From: Candidatus Falkowbacteria bacterium | Lineage (GTDB): Bacteria; Patescibacteriota; Patescibacteriia; Patescibacteriales; SZUA-104 | Assembly (NCBI GenBank): GCA_027020105.1 | Contig: JALUVW010000077.1 | Location: 1 to 36,542, forward strand | Reading direction: 5' to 3' | Length of the DNA: 36,542 bases | Position numbers and translations under genes: made by a program | Shown: piece after piece, positions 16,718 to 27,940 of the stretch | Layout of the letters: every line of letters starts with the position of its first letter | Position numbering within the stretch: position 1 is the stretch's first letter | Notes under the pieces: generated by a model | Told to the model about the DNA's origin: nothing | The model's input: the letters and a program-made list of their open reading frames with translations, nothing else | Database searches by the model: none

Positions 16718-19700
16718 TTAATCCTTTTCCCCTTTATACCCCGTTCCAACCGGAATCAAGCGGCCGATGATGACATTTTCCTTAAGTCCTTTCAAGTGGT
16801 CAACTTTGCCGTTAATCGCGGCTTCAATCAATACGCGCGCGGTTTCCTGGAACGAGGAGGCCGATAAGAAGCTGTCTGTCGTAAGCGACGCCTTGCTTAT
16901 GCCCATCAACAAATTTTCCGCTTTAGCTTCTTTTTTGTTATTCTTTCTCGCCTCTTCATTCGCTTTGTCAAAAACCGCCTTCTCAACAACTTCTCCGGAC
17001 AAAAGATCGGTTTCTCCCGCGTCTTGAATATAGACGCGCGAAAACATCTGCTTGGCGATAATCTCAATATGCTTATCGTTTAACGGCTGCCCTTGAGAGG
17101 AATAAACGTATTGAATTTCCTTAATGATGTATTTCTGCGTTTCCAGTTTTCCCCGCAAGCCGTACAGCTGCTGCAAGTCAAAACTGCCTTCGGTTAACTG
17201 GTCTCCCTTTTTAACCTTGTCGCCATTCTCAACCAAGATGGCGAATCCTTTCGGCACGACATACTCCCTCACCTTTTTCGCCTTGCTCGTTATTTTGACA
17301 TACTTGTTCCCCACCTCAACCTTGCCGGCTTTTTTGGCCTTCTGCGTCTTTCCTCCCAAAGAAAACAAGCCATCTCCTTTTTTAACCTCATCGCCGGTTT
17401 TAACCAAAACTTCCGGTTTGCCTTTTTTCGCTTTTCCGTCGTTGTCTTTTAGCGCTTCCTTGGCGAATTCATCAAAGTAATATTTTGACGATTCCGCGCC
17501 GTCATAATAAATTTTTAATATTTTGGCTTGCGGATTGGCAACGGCCATTTTTCCGGTTCCGTCCGAAATCACTCTTTGAGCTTCTTCTATCGCGATTTCT
17601 CCGTCAACATCGGCGATAAACGCCCTCTTCTTTGGCGGACGAGCTTCAAATATTTCTTCAACTCTGGGAAGCCCTTGAGTGATGTCTTCGGAGCCGGCAA
17701 CGCCTCCGGTGTGGAATGTTCTCATCGTCAACTGCGTGCCGGGCTCTCCGATTGATTGGGCGGCGATAATGCCGGCCGCCGTACCGACTTTTACCGGCTG
17801 ATTATACCCCAAATCATAACCATAGCACTTGACGCAAACGCCTCTGTTTAACTTGCAGTTTAAGACCGATCTGATGCTTACCTCTTCTATATTCTCTTTT
17901 TTCAGTTTTTCGGCCAAGTCTTCGGTAACCAGCTCTCCTTTTTTGGCCAAAACCTTGCCTTTGCCGTTTTTTAAATCATCGGCCAAGAATCGCCCGACTA
18001 TTCTTTTTGTTATTTCGTATCCAGCTTCCTCGCTTTCTTTTTTCGTGATGACAAGCCCCTCCGCCGTTCCGCAATCCTCGGACAACACCACCACGTCTTG
18101 GGCCACGTCAACCAAGCGTCTGGTCAAATAACCGGCGTTAGCCGTTCTGAGGGCCGTGTCCGACAATCCTTTTCTTGTCGCGTGAGTTGAAATAAAGTAT
18201 TCCAAAACATCAAACCCGCGCTTGAAATTTCCTCTTACGGGCAATTCAATAATGTCGCCGGACGGCGAAGTAACCAATCCCTTCATTCCCAAAATCTGGG
18301 TCAGCTGGGTCCATGATCCGCGGGCGCCGGATTCAATCATTGAGTAAACCGGACCGTCTTTGGGCAAGCCCGCCTTGCAAATATTGGTAACCTTGTCCTT
18401 TACCTCCGTCCACAATTCAATAACCTTGGCGTACCGTTCGCTTTCGGTCAATAAGCCCTCGTCGTATTGTTCTTGTATGCTTTCAACCTGCCTGCTCGCC
18501 TCTTTGATTAGTTCGTCTTTTTCGCTGAATTCCGGCAAATCGTTCATTCCCCATGAAAGGCCGCTCTGGGTTATGTATTTAAAGCTTTCATTTTTCAATT
18601 CATCAACGAATCGCACCGTCGTGTCTTCCCCGTAAAGCCGCAAACATTCTTTTACCAGGCGCTTTAATTCTCCCTTGTCCACAACTTCGTTGATATACCG
18701 CAATTTTTCCGGCAAAATATCGTTAAAAATTATCCTGCCAACCGTCGTATCAATCAGCCCGTGCTTTTTGAACCGAACTTTTATCAAATCATGAAGCTTG
18801 ATTTTCCGCGCGCCATAGGCGAATTTCGCCTCAAGCGGAGAAGAAAAATATTTTAAGTTTTTACCGTTGCCGCCTCCCGTTCCGGCGCCGGCCGGCAAAT
18901 TGGTCAAATAATGCCCTCCCCAAACAATGTCTTGGCTGGGGGCCACCACCGGATCGCCGGTGGCCGGCTTTAGCAAATTGTGCGAAGACAGCATAATGTC
19001 TTTCGCTTCCTGAACCGCCTCGTCGGTCAAAGGCACGTGCACGGCCATTTGATCACCGTCAAAATCGGCGTTAAAGGCGGTACAAACCAAAGGATGGATT
19101 TGAATGGCCTTTCCTTCAATTAAAATCGGCTGAAAAGCCTGTATGCCGAGGCGGTGCAAAGTGGGGGCGCGATTAAGCATAACGTAAGCGCCTTTGATTA
19201 TATCTTCCAAAATATCCCAAACTTGCGTGTCCCCCTGTTCAATAAAGCGGGAAGCGCTTCTGACATTATGGACAATCTCTCGGCTGATAAGCTTGCTGAT
19301 GATAAACGGCTTAAACAGTTCCAGCGCCATTGTTTTGGGCAGGCCGCATTGGTTTAATTTTAGTTTCGGGTTAACGACGATGACGCTTCTGCCGGAGTAA
19401 TCAATTCTTTTTCCGAGCAAGTTCTGGCGAAAACGCCCTTGCTTACCTTTGAGCGAATCGGCCAATGATTTTAATTGCCTTTTTTGTCCGGTGGAAGCGG
19501 CCACTGTCTTTGAATGCCGCGCCGAATTGTCAATCAAAGCGTCAACCGCCTCTTGCAGCATTCTTTTTTCATTGCGGCAAATAACTTCCGGAGCGTTTAG
19601 TTCCATAAGCTGTTTAAGCCGGTTATTGCGGTTAATTACTCGGCGGTACAAGTCGTTTAAATCCGAAGTGGCGAATCTGCCCCCATCCAAAGCGACCATC

Positions 19701-20674
19701 GGCCTAAGATCCGGCGGTATGACCGGAATAACGGTTAAAATCATCCATTCCGGCCTTATTCCGTTAGCTTTTAAACTTTTAAACAATTTCAGCCGCCTGG
19801 TTAGTTTTTCTTTCTTGGAATCAATCGCCGTTTCCAATTCGTTTTCAATGTCCTTGATTGTTTTATCCACGTCCACTCTTTCCAGCAGTTTTCTGATGGC
19901 CTCGGCTCCGATGCCCGCTTCAAAAATATGGCCGTACTTTAAGCTTAAATTTTGGTACTCGTTTTCCGAAATTATGGCCATCGGCCTCAAATCCCTCAAC
20001 TCCCGTTGCGCCTGCTCAAACGCTTGATCCAAACTGTTTTTCTTTTCGTTGTGCGCCTTTTTTAAAGAGTCTATTTCTTTGGCCAAAATTTCTTCAACTT
20101 CGCTCGCTTCCCTTCCCTCTCGCGTTAATTTTCCTTTTTTGTTTTTTATTTCGCTTATTTGGCGGCTTAACTCCGCGGCCATGGCCTTGCTCTTCGCCTT
20201 ATATTCGTCTTTAATTTGATTAATGGTCGCGTTTTTTAATTCCTCGTTTAAATCGGTAATGATAAAGCTGGCGAAATAAACCACTTTTTCCAAGGCATGC
20301 ATGGACAAATTCAAAATCAATCCGATTTTTGATGAAATTCCGCGCAAAAACCAAATATGAGTGGTCGGACTCTCCAAAGAAATATGCCCCATACGCTCGC
20401 GGCGCACCATGGAATGGGTTACTTCCACTCCGCACTTATCGCAAATGATGCCCTTATAGCGGATTTTTTTATACTTGCCGCAATAACATTCCCAATCTTT
20501 TGACGGACCGAAAATTTTCTCGCAAAAGAGACCGTCTTTTTCCGGTTTTTGCGTGCGGTAATTAATGGTTTCCGGACGCTTAACCTCGCCGTGCGACCAT
20601 GATAAAATTTCATCAGGCGAAGCCAGTTTGAGTTTTATGGCGTTAAAATCTGTTATTCTTGTGGGATTAAACAT
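16718..20674 (-). CDS. rpoC: RNA polymerase beta' subunit
   Basis: NADFDGDQMAVH, CEKIFGP, GRFRQNLLGKRIDYSGRS, QLTMRTFH. Confidence 0.99.
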   Translation of the reverse strand: MFNPTRITDFNAIKLKLASPDEILSWSHGEVKRPETINYRTQKPEKDGLFCEKIFGPSKDWECYCGKYKKIRYKGIICDKCGVEVTHSMVRRERMGHISLESPTTHIWFLRGISSKIGLILNLSMHALEKVVYFASFIITDLNEELKNATINQIKDEYKAKSKAMAAELSRQISEIKNKKGKLTREGREASEVEEILAKEIDSLKKAHNEKKNSLDQAFEQAQRELRDLRPMAIISENEYQNLSLKYGHIFEAGIGAEAIRKLLERVDVDKTIKDIENELETAIDSKKEKLTRRLKLFKSLKANGIRPEWMILTVIPVIPPDLRPMVALDGGRFATSDLNDLYRRVINRNNRLKQLMELNAPEVICRNEKRMLQEAVDALIDNSARHSKTVAASTGQKRQLKSLADSLKGKQGRFRQNLLGKRIDYSGRSVIVVNPKLKLNQCGLPKTMALELFKPFIISKLISREIVHNVRSASRFIEQGDTQVWDILEDIIKGAYVMLNRAPTLHRLGIQAFQPILIEGKAIQIHPLVCTAFNADFDGDQMAVHVPLTDEAVQEAKDIMLSSHNLLKPATGDPVVAPSQDIVWGGHYLTNLPAGAGTGGGNGKNLKYFSSPLEAKFAYGARKIKLHDLIKVRFKKHGLIDTTVGRIIFNDILPEKLRYINEVVDKGELKRLVKECLRLYGEDTTVRFVDELKNESFKYITQSGLSWGMNDLPEFSEKDELIKEASRQVESIQEQYDEGLLTESERYAKVIELWTEVKDKVTNICKAGLPKDGPVYSMIESGARGSWTQLTQILGMKGLVTSPSGDIIELPVRGNFKRGFDVLEYFISTHATRKGLSDTALRTANAGYLTRRLVDVAQDVVVLSEDCGTAEGLVITKKESEEAGYEITKRIVGRFLADDLKNGKGKVLAKKGELVTEDLAEKLKKENIEEVSIRSVLNCKLNRGVCVKCYGYDLGYNQPVKVGTAAGIIAAQSIGEPGTQLTMRTFHTGGVAGSEDITQGLPRVEEIFEARPPKKRAFIADVDGEIAIEEAQRVISDGTGKMAVANPQAKILKIYYDGAESSKYYFDEFAKEALKDNDGKAKKGKPEVLVKTGDEVKKGDGLFSLGGKTQKAKKAGKVEVGNKYVKITSKAKKVREYVVPKGFAILVENGDKVKKGDQLTEGSFDLQQLYGLRGKLETQKYIIKEIQYVYSSQGQPLNDKHIEIIAKQMFSRVYIQDAGETDLLSGEVVEKAVFDKANEEARKNNKKEAKAENLLMGISKASLTTDSFLSASSFQETARVLIEAAINGKVDHLKGLKENVIIGRLIPVGTGYKGEKD

Positions 20675-20689
20675 AATAAATAAATTTCT

Positions 20690-20826
20690 AAATTATAATT
20701 TCTAAAAAAATTATAATGACAAAATCCTAACGACAAATCAGGTTCAAACGACTTAATGTTAAAAACTTAAGCGTTTGTATTTTTGATTTGGCGTTTTAGC
20801 TTTGGATTTAAAAAATTTAAAAATTT
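20690..20826. repeat. Degenerate heptamer inverted-repeat element, family D
   Basis: aatgacaaaatcctaacgacaaatcaggttcaaacgac ... tttgatttggcgttttagctttggattt; both arms resemble 28850-28965 in opposite orientation. Confidence 0.6.
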
Positions 20827-23800
20827 CTATTTGTCTTTTTTCTCAACTTCCTCTTTTTTTTCCTCTTCTTTTTCGTCTTCACCGTCTTTCTTTTCGTCTT
20901 CGTCAACCTCTTCTTTTCCGCCCAACAATTCCACGTCCAAGCCCAAGCCCTTCAATTCCCGCACCAAAACATTAAACGATTCCGGTATATTCAACTTTTT
21001 TATCGGTTCGCCTTTGATAATTGATTCATACGCCTTGCTTCTTCCCGGAACATCATCCGACTTAATGGTTAAAATCTCCTGCAAGGAATGGGCGGCGCCA
21101 TACGCTTCCAACGCCCATACTTCCATTTCTCCGAATCTCTGTCCGCCGAACTGGGCTTTGCCGCCAAGCGGCTGTTGGGTAATAAGAGAATACGGACCGA
21201 TTGACCTTTGGTGAATCTTATCTTCAACCATATGATTCAGTTTTAGTATGTACTTATACCCGACCGTAACTTCGTTGTCATAGCGTTCGCCGGTTTTACC
21301 GTTATACAAAACAACTTTTCCGCTTTCCGGCATTTTCGCTTTCCTCAACTCTTCCTTAATGCGCTTTTCCGGTATGCCGTTAAGGGGCGGGGTAACGACT
21401 TTATAGCCCAATTTTTTCGCGGCAAGCCCCAAATGAGTTTCCAAAAGCTGGCCCAAGTTCATACGCGATACAACTCCCAAAGGGGATAAAATCACGTCAA
21501 TCGGCGTGCCGTCTTCCATATACGGCATATCTTCCACCGGAACGATTATGGAAACAACTCCCTTGTTTCCGTGGCGGCCGGCCAATTTGTCTCCCACTTG
21601 AACCTTGCGCAGATTGGCCACCGAGACCTGAATGGACTTGATGACGCCGGCGGCCAGCTTATCGCCGTCTTTGCGGGAAAATATTTTAACGTCAACGACT
21701 TTGCCGTGTTCGCCGTGTTCCAAATAAAGGGACGAATCGCGAACATCCTTGGCCTTTTCTCCGAATATCGCCCTTAAAAGTTTTTCCTCGGCCGATAGCT
21801 CCGTTTCGCCCTTGGGAGTGATTTTCCCCACTAAAATATCTCCGGACGACACCTTGGCGCCGATGCGAATAATGCCTTCTTCGTCCAAATCTTTTAATTT
21901 TTCTTCTCCGATATTCGGAATATCATTGGTAACTTCTTCCGGGCCCAGTTTGGTTTCTCTTACGTCAATAATGTAATCCTCTATGTGAATTGAAGAATAA
22001 ACATCATCGCGAACCAATCTTTCGGAAATGATAATGGCGTCCTCGTAGTTATACCCTTCCCATGTCATAAAGGCCACCAGCACGTTCTTTCCCAAGGCCA
22101 ACTCGCCCTTGTCAATGGCCGAAGAATCCGTCAATACCTGCCCCTTCTTAACCTTGTCCCCCTTGTTGACAATGGGGCGTTGGTTAATGCAGGTGGAAGC
22201 GTTTGACCGTAAAAATTTGGTCAACGGATATTTTTTCACGTTCCCTTTTTTGTCTTGAATTTCAATCACGGTTCCGTCAACGCGCTTTACCTCGCCGTCA
22301 TCCTCGGCCAAGATGATAAGCCCCGAATCTTCCGCCGCTCTGGCTTCAATTCCGGTTCCGACAATGGGCGATTCGTTGGTGATCAACGGCACCGCCTGTC
22401 TTTGCATATTTGTTCCCATCAAGGCCCTTTGTCCGTCATCATGTTCCATAAAAGGAATTAAAGCGGTGGCAACCGATATGATTTGATGTGCCGCGACGCC
22501 GTAAAAATCAATTTTAACCACATCCTCCGTGTCCGGTTGGCCGTACTTTCTTACTTCGCATTTATCCACCAAGAAATAGCCGTTATCGTCAATCGGGGTA
22601 ACCGCCGTGGCGGTAATGTATTTTTCTTCCGTAAAAGCGTCCAAATAAACTATTTCGTCCGTAACCACCGGTTTAATCAATATTTCCGCGTCTCCCAATT
22701 CTTCTTTCAGTTTTTTGGCCATTTTATCATTAATGACCTCGCCCGCCTTGATGATTGTTTCTCCGCCGTTCTCTTTATCGTTTTTGGGCTTTTTAACGTC
22801 TTCTCTGACAATTTTACCGACTAATTTTTCGGTGTCGTTCGCGGGAATTTTATTAAGCACCCTCCTGTACGGAGATTCCAGGAATCCGTAATCGTTTAAT
22901 CTGGCGTAACTGGCCAAATGGCCCACAAGTCCGATATTCGGCCCTTCCGGAGTGGCGATGGGGCAAATACGGCCATAATGCGAAGTGTGCACGTCGCGCA
23001 CGTCAAAACCGGCGCGTTCGCGAGTCAATCCTCCGGGACCCATGGCCGATAGCCGGCGTTTATGCTCCAATTCGGCCAGCGGGTTTGTCTGGTCCATAAA
23101 CTGGGAAAGCTGCGAAGACATAAAAAACTCTTTGACCACGCCTATAACCGGCCTGGCGTTAATCAGTTTGTTCGGGGACAGCTCGCCGATATCCGCCGTG
23201 CTCATTCTGTCGCGGATAATCCTTTCCATACGCACGAGCCCGATCCTGAATTTGTTTTGAATAAGCTCGCCGATCGCCCTGACCCGACGATTGCCAAGAT
23301 GATCAATATCGTCCTCATCTTCTTGCGTAATGTTTAATCTGATTACCTCCTTGACAACGGCGACCAAGTCCTCTTTTCTTAAAACGCGGTTCTCTTTGGT
23401 GTTCGGTATGTCAAAACCGAATTTCCTGTTCAGCTTATAGCGGCCGACTCTGTCAAAATCATAACGGTCAAACCTGAAAAACATGGAATGAATTAATTGT
23501 CTGGCATTGTCCGTCGTGGCCAAATCGCCCGGCCTGATTCTTTTATAAACCTCTTTTAAGCCCTCTTCCTCGTTTTTGGCCAAGTCCTTATTGATGGTGG
23601 CGTCAATATAGCCGAGCTCGTCGCCTTCGCTTTTAATGTCAACGTCTTTGAACGCTTCTCTGATTTCGTCATCGCTTGAATAGCCGAAAACCCTTAGAAG
23701 CGAGGTAACCGCCACCTTTCTTTTTCGGTCAATCCTGACCCAAATCACCTTATTGGAATCGGTTTCAATTTCCAGCCAAGCGCCGCGGTTGGGAATAACC

Positions 23801-24267
23801 TTCGCTCCGTACAGCTTTCTCCCTTTGACGAATTCCGAAGTAAAAATAACGCCGGCGCTTCTGATAAGCTGGGAAACAACCACTCTCTCAATGCCGTTAA
23901 CGATGAAAGTTCCGTTTTTGGTCATTAAGGGAAAATCCCCCAAAAACACCTCGCTGGTGGAGACGCTTCCGTTTCTTTTGTTGACCAATCTCACGTTTAC
24001 CCTTAAAGGCGCTTCATAAGTAACGTTCTTGGCCTTGCTTTCGGCCTCATTAAACTTGGGCTCGTCCAAATAATAATCCTCAAAATACAATTCCATATCA
24101 CGGCCGGTAAAATCAACAATCGGCGATATTTCGTCAAACAAATCGGACAAACCGTGCTTCAAAAACCAATCATAAGATCTTTTTTGGATTTCAATTAAGT
24201 CGGGCAAAGGCGCGGCCATTTTTGCCTCTGAAAAATGTTTGCGTTCAGTTGTTTTTGTGTTGGGCAT
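20827..24267 (-). CDS. rpoB: RNA polymerase beta subunit
   Basis: [61 protein letters not shown]. Confidence 0.99.
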   Translation of the reverse strand: MPNTKTTERKHFSEAKMAAPLPDLIEIQKRSYDWFLKHGLSDLFDEISPIVDFTGRDMELYFEDYYLDEPKFNEAESKAKNVTYEAPLRVNVRLVNKRNGSVSTSEVFLGDFPLMTKNGTFIVNGIERVVVSQLIRSAGVIFTSEFVKGRKLYGAKVIPNRGAWLEIETDSNKVIWVRIDRKRKVAVTSLLRVFGYSSDDEIREAFKDVDIKSEGDELGYIDATINKDLAKNEEEGLKEVYKRIRPGDLATTDNARQLIHSMFFRFDRYDFDRVGRYKLNRKFGFDIPNTKENRVLRKEDLVAVVKEVIRLNITQEDEDDIDHLGNRRVRAIGELIQNKFRIGLVRMERIIRDRMSTADIGELSPNKLINARPVIGVVKEFFMSSQLSQFMDQTNPLAELEHKRRLSAMGPGGLTRERAGFDVRDVHTSHYGRICPIATPEGPNIGLVGHLASYARLNDYGFLESPYRRVLNKIPANDTEKLVGKIVREDVKKPKNDKENGGETIIKAGEVINDKMAKKLKEELGDAEILIKPVVTDEIVYLDAFTEEKYITATAVTPIDDNGYFLVDKCEVRKYGQPDTEDVVKIDFYGVAAHQIISVATALIPFMEHDDGQRALMGTNMQRQAVPLITNESPIVGTGIEARAAEDSGLIILAEDDGEVKRVDGTVIEIQDKKGNVKKYPLTKFLRSNASTCINQRPIVNKGDKVKKGQVLTDSSAIDKGELALGKNVLVAFMTWEGYNYEDAIIISERLVRDDVYSSIHIEDYIIDVRETKLGPEEVTNDIPNIGEEKLKDLDEEGIIRIGAKVSSGDILVGKITPKGETELSAEEKLLRAIFGEKAKDVRDSSLYLEHGEHGKVVDVKIFSRKDGDKLAAGVIKSIQVSVANLRKVQVGDKLAGRHGNKGVVSIIVPVEDMPYMEDGTPIDVILSPLGVVSRMNLGQLLETHLGLAAKKLGYKVVTPPLNGIPEKRIKEELRKAKMPESGKVVLYNGKTGERYDNEVTVGYKYILKLNHMVEDKIHQRSIGPYSLITQQPLGGKAQFGGQRFGEMEVWALEAYGAAHSLQEILTIKSDDVPGRSKAYESIIKGEPIKKLNIPESFNVLVRELKGLGLDVELLGGKEEVDEDEKKDGEDEKEEEKKEEVEKKDK

Positions 24268-24375
24268 ATATGAATAGGCTAATTAAAATAAAAAATTATA
24301 AAATTAAGCAATATTAAGCAATTTAAAGACTTAAAGAACGGACGGCCAATGGCTTTATATATTGTCGTTTCGGCA

Positions 24376-24406
24376 ACAAAAAACCTCAAGATTGTTTATC
24401 TTGAGT
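24376..24406 (-). terminator. Terminator-like hairpin in the rpoB leader (possible attenuator)
   Basis: Minus strand ctcaagat-aaaca-atcttgag-g-tttttt, about 110 nt upstream of the rpoB ATG. Confidence 0.55.
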
Positions 24407-24756
24407 AATTTTTAATTATTTGGTTAAGAGAGTTTGTTTGCGCGAAGTTAGGTTTGCCACTGAATTTAATAAAGTAAATTATAAATTAAAAAGCATGAAG
24501 ATTTTTTGTTTATGATGCGCGAGACGCGCGAGGCGCCATAAACCGCTTCCCGATAATTCACCGTGCCAATCCGCTTATTTTAAAGTCGCGGTCCGCTCGC
24601 GATTAAATCGTTACCCAGGCGTTTCCTCCGGTTAAAAATAAAAAAACGGCATAAAATTTCACGCTTTTCCGCGTGATTTCTCCGTTTCGTTTCATTAATG
24701 ATTTCAATATTAAAAATATTACTTTTTCGCAAAATAATAATTTTACTTGTTTTCTA

Positions 24757-24785
24757 ATACTAACAACAAATAAACCGCTTGTCAA
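24757..24785 (-). promoter_or_regulatory. Sigma70 promoter facing rpoB
   Basis: Minus strand TTGACA (24785-24780), 17 nt, TAGTAT (24762-24757) preceded by TGn. Confidence 0.65.
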
Positions 24786-24966
24786 GCCCTGCGCGCTCTA
24801 TTTTGAAAAATTCAATATTTTTATTGCTTTTTGTTTAATATTAGGGAAATATATTTTATCGTTTCGTTGTTTTATTGCCAAACGGTTTGATTATTGTTTG
24901 AGTTATCCACAACTTTGTTTCATAATTTAGGCAACGGATAATTAACCGAATATCACTATTGCCCCC

Positions 24967-24993
24967 GTGGGGGCGAACACCGTTCGCCCCCAC
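24967..24993. repeat. GTRG-type REP palindrome
   Basis: gtgggggcgaac-acc-gttcgcccccac. Confidence 0.7.
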
Positions 24994-25058
24994 TAACCGT
25001 CGCCCCGATTGCGGGCGGTTCCGGGTTTGTGATTTTCCCCAAGCACCGATTACAAATT

Positions 25059-26474
25059 TCAAATTACCGAATCTTTCTCCCAATTCTCCAATAACCCCCT
25101 GACAACCGCGCGGTCGTCCCAAGTAATCTTTTCGCCATCCGCCGCGCAAATCGCCTGTTCGCTGCCTTTGCCCGTTATCAAAACAATATCGTTTTCTTGG
25201 GCAAGAGCTAACGCCGTTTTAATCGCCTCGCGGCGATCCGCGATTTTAAACAAATCTTTGTTTAATTTTTTCCCTTTGTCCAACGCCCCTTCGGCGACTT
25301 GATCAATAATAACCAGCGGATCTTCGTCGTACGGGTCTTCGTTCGTAACAATAACGAAATCCGCGTTTTCTCCGGCCAATTCTCCAAGCCGCGGCCTGCG
25401 GGCGATATCGCGCCCGCCGCCGGTTGAGCCCAGAACATGGATTACTTTTTTATGCGGAATCAATTTTATCGTTTTGTACAGTTTTTCCACGGCGTTCGGC
25501 TCAAAAGCGTAATCAACAATTACCGTGAACGGCTGGCCTTCGTCTATTTTTTCCAAACGCCCGGCCACGCCTTCAATTTTTTCCAGCCCGTTTTTAATGT
25601 CTTTCTCGGAAAATCCTTGCGATAAAGCGACGCATACCGCCGTCATCGCGTTGACAACGTTAAAATCGCCCAAAAGACGCAATCTCACCTTTGTCTTGTT
25701 AAACGTGAATGTCGTGCCGTCCTTATCGGCTTCAACGCGTTGATAGCTTACCGTCTCAACGCCGTTCTTGTTTTTTCCGTCAAACTTGCTCCCCTCCTCG
25801 GTATAGGCGAATTTTCGTTCGCTCCAAAAATTTAAAAAATAATCGGCGTGATCATCGTCCGCGTTCGCTATTATTGTTTTTTTGACCCTGTTTAAATCCG
25901 TTTTTTTAAGGCCGCTTATTTTCCTATGGATAAATTTTTTGTCGTCCGCGTATTTTATTCCGCACCTTTTTAAATGCGCGAACAATTTTCCTTTGGCTTT
26001 TTTATAATTTTCAAAGCCGCCGTGCGAATCAATATGCTCCGGATAAAGTCCGGTAAAAACCAAAATATCGTAATTGATAAATCTGTGCCTGAACTGTTTT
26101 ACGCCCTCGGAGGTTGTTTCCACGATAGCGTATTGGCACTTGTGTTTAACCATTTTTTTTAATATTTTTTGCGTAAAAAAACGCCCCACCATAGTCATTT
26201 TTTTGTCATTCAGCCACTCCTTCTCCCCGTCGTTAAACATGGCGGTGGAAGTAAAACCGACTTTGCATCCGGCCTCCTCCAATGTTTTCGCGATCAGATA
26301 AACACTGGTGGTTTTTCCGGTCGTGCCGGTAACGCCGATAACGATTAATTTTTCCGAAGGCCGCCCGTACGCCAAAGAAGCGAGCCAGCTTAAAGTAAAA
26401 TGATAAATGGGCTGGAGGTTTTTGAATAATTTTTTAGGAATATATTTTTTTATAATATTTAAAATTTTTTCCAT
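25059..26474 (-). CDS. murE: UDP-N-acetylmuramyl-tripeptide synthetase (MurE-like)
   Basis: IGVTGTTGKTT, ETTSEG, EHIDSHG, GRLE, VDYAFEP, TNEDPYDEDP, LITGKGSE. Confidence 0.88.
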   Translation of the reverse strand: MEKILNIIKKYIPKKLFKNLQPIYHFTLSWLASLAYGRPSEKLIVIGVTGTTGKTTSVYLIAKTLEEAGCKVGFTSTAMFNDGEKEWLNDKKMTMVGRFFTQKILKKMVKHKCQYAIVETTSEGVKQFRHRFINYDILVFTGLYPEHIDSHGGFENYKKAKGKLFAHLKRCGIKYADDKKFIHRKISGLKKTDLNRVKKTIIANADDDHADYFLNFWSERKFAYTEEGSKFDGKNKNGVETVSYQRVEADKDGTTFTFNKTKVRLRLLGDFNVVNAMTAVCVALSQGFSEKDIKNGLEKIEGVAGRLEKIDEGQPFTVIVDYAFEPNAVEKLYKTIKLIPHKKVIHVLGSTGGGRDIARRPRLGELAGENADFVIVTNEDPYDEDPLVIIDQVAEGALDKGKKLNKDLFKIADRREAIKTALALAQENDIVLITGKGSEQAICAADGEKITWDDRAVVRGLLENWEKDSVI

Positions 26475-26481
26475 AAATACA

Positions 26482-26696
26482 AAGTTTAAAAATCAAAAAT
26501 CAAAATGACAGTTTAAAACGCAAAGCTTAAAAAAACTTTATAGAGCTTAATATATTTTACAGAATAAGTCGTGTTGTCGGGTGAAATCGGCAGAAACTTC
26601 CCGCTAAAGCGGGAAAGGTTGTATCGCGGTGAAAATTTTTAAATTTTTAAACTTTACATTGTCATTTTAATTTTTGATTTTTACATTTTGATTTTT
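26482..26696 (+). repeat. Family A long-form element with nested palindrome TTCCCGC-TAAA-GCGGGAA
   Basis: Arms aaaaatcaaaaatcaaaatgacagtttaaa / tttacattgtcattttaatttttgatttttacattttga; interior ttaatatatYttac shared with about 15068; nested hairpin at about 26608-26625. Confidence 0.82.
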
Positions 26697-27718
26697 TAAA
26701 ACGTTCTCCTGACTCTCCTCACCATCTTATAAACATTATACCACCCCTCGTCAAAAACCAAATCAAAGGTCCCCGGATAATTTGCCGTTCTGCCGCCGAA
26801 TCCCTTCTTAAATCTTGTTACCCCCGGCCATCTCTCTTCGTCTATGCCGTAGAGGTCGTAATATTTATACCCTGATTTTTTCGCCAATTTCATCACGTGC
26901 CATTGAAGTAAATACGAAGCCATCGCGTTGCGATACTCCGAGCCGGACGCGCCATGCGTATAGGTCGCGGTATCGCCGAAAAACGAAACAATGCCGGCGG
27001 CAATCGGCCTTTTTTTGTATTCGGCGATAAATAGTTTTATCGCCAAAGCGGGCCCCGCGGATTCGCGAACTCGCGAATCCTCGTCCCCTCCGGCCAGCAT
27101 CGCCTTATAATAATCCCTGCCGTGAGTGCGGAAATTGTCCCTCTCGCTTGTTTCTCCAAGCAGCCGCCAAAAATCTTCAAAACGATCAACTCCGGCTTCA
27201 ACAACCTTCACGCCCTTTTTTTCCGCCAATCTAATATTGTATCTGGTTTTTTGGCGCATATTCTTCAAAATATCCTCTTCCGGCTTGGCCAAATTCAATA
27301 TCAATGTCTTGCTTGGCTGAACATCAAGGGTCTTGTTTAGCTTGTAGCTTGTAGCTTGTAGCTTGTAGGAAGCGGGCGGGTCAAACCTTAAAAACATAAT
27401 ACCCTCGTTTTCCGCGATATTCTTAATTTCATTAAACAAGCTTTCTAAAATTAGTTGATAATTGACGGTTGATAATTGATAATTGAATACCGGCCCCCGC
27501 GGGCAATAAAAATAATATTTGCCTATCGGCAACTGCTTTTTGATGATAGTGGCGGCGGCGACCAGTTTACCGTCATCCAAAACACCCAGACGCCAAACAT
27601 CCCCGCTCACCTTTTTGTGAAACTCGCCCCATTCCCAAGACTGCAAAAACTGGCTGTGCTTTTGCGCCGCGACAAAATTATTATACTGTTTTTTATCCGT
27701 AATGTTGATTACTCGCAT
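26696..27718 (-). CDS. FemABX-family peptidoglycan bridge aminoacyltransferase
   Basis: FLQSWEWGEF, YCPRGP, QKTRYNIRLAEKKGV, YDLYGI, GVTRFKKGFGG. Confidence 0.93.
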   Translation of the reverse strand: MRVINITDKKQYNNFVAAQKHSQFLQSWEWGEFHKKVSGDVWRLGVLDDGKLVAAATIIKKQLPIGKYYFYCPRGPVFNYQLSTVNYQLILESLFNEIKNIAENEGIMFLRFDPPASYKLQATSYKLNKTLDVQPSKTLILNLAKPEEDILKNMRQKTRYNIRLAEKKGVKVVEAGVDRFEDFWRLLGETSERDNFRTHGRDYYKAMLAGGDEDSRVRESAGPALAIKLFIAEYKKRPIAAGIVSFFGDTATYTHGASGSEYRNAMASYLLQWHVMKLAKKSGYKYYDLYGIDEERWPGVTRFKKGFGGRTANYPGTFDLVFDEGWYNVYKMVRRVRRTF

Positions 27719-27739
27719 ATATTTTACTTTAAGTTCCCG

Positions 27740-27865
27740 CGGATATTAGGGGGGGATAAACACCCCCTTGATAAAGGAACCTGCCTTCCGTAGAGACGAG
27801 GCACTGCCTCGTCTCTACGGCGAAGGAAGGGTTGGCCCCGCCTTTCGCGAAAGGCGGGGTTGGGG
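27740..27865. repeat. Cluster of nested palindromes including GTAG-type REP GTAGAGACGAGGCA-C-TGCCTCGTCTCTAC (27790-27818)
   Basis: Also ccccgcctttcgcgaaaggcgggg (27836-27859) and ggggg...cccccttgataaagg; the REP is duplicated inside the U32 gene. Confidence 0.8.
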
Positions 27866-27940
27866 AATTATTAATTTTTAATTTTAATTGGAAATTGAAA
27901 ATCATTACTTGTTTGAAAATTGAAAATTTCGCTATCACTC

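Noticed and set aside
19960..20250. Long helical insertion in RpoC and extra barrel-like segment near its C-terminus
   Set aside because: Lineage-specific beta' insertions at these positions are known; no palindromic or intein signature was seen.
24903..24911. Perfect DnaA box TTATCCACA as oriC
   Set aside because: Single box, no cluster and no dnaA nearby; at most a regulatory site.
24603..25149. Short ORFs upstream of rpoB, and 27729-27938
   Set aside because: Translations of promoter or palindrome DNA (e.g. VGANGVRPHG, VETRQCLVST, PFAKGG) without protein-like features.
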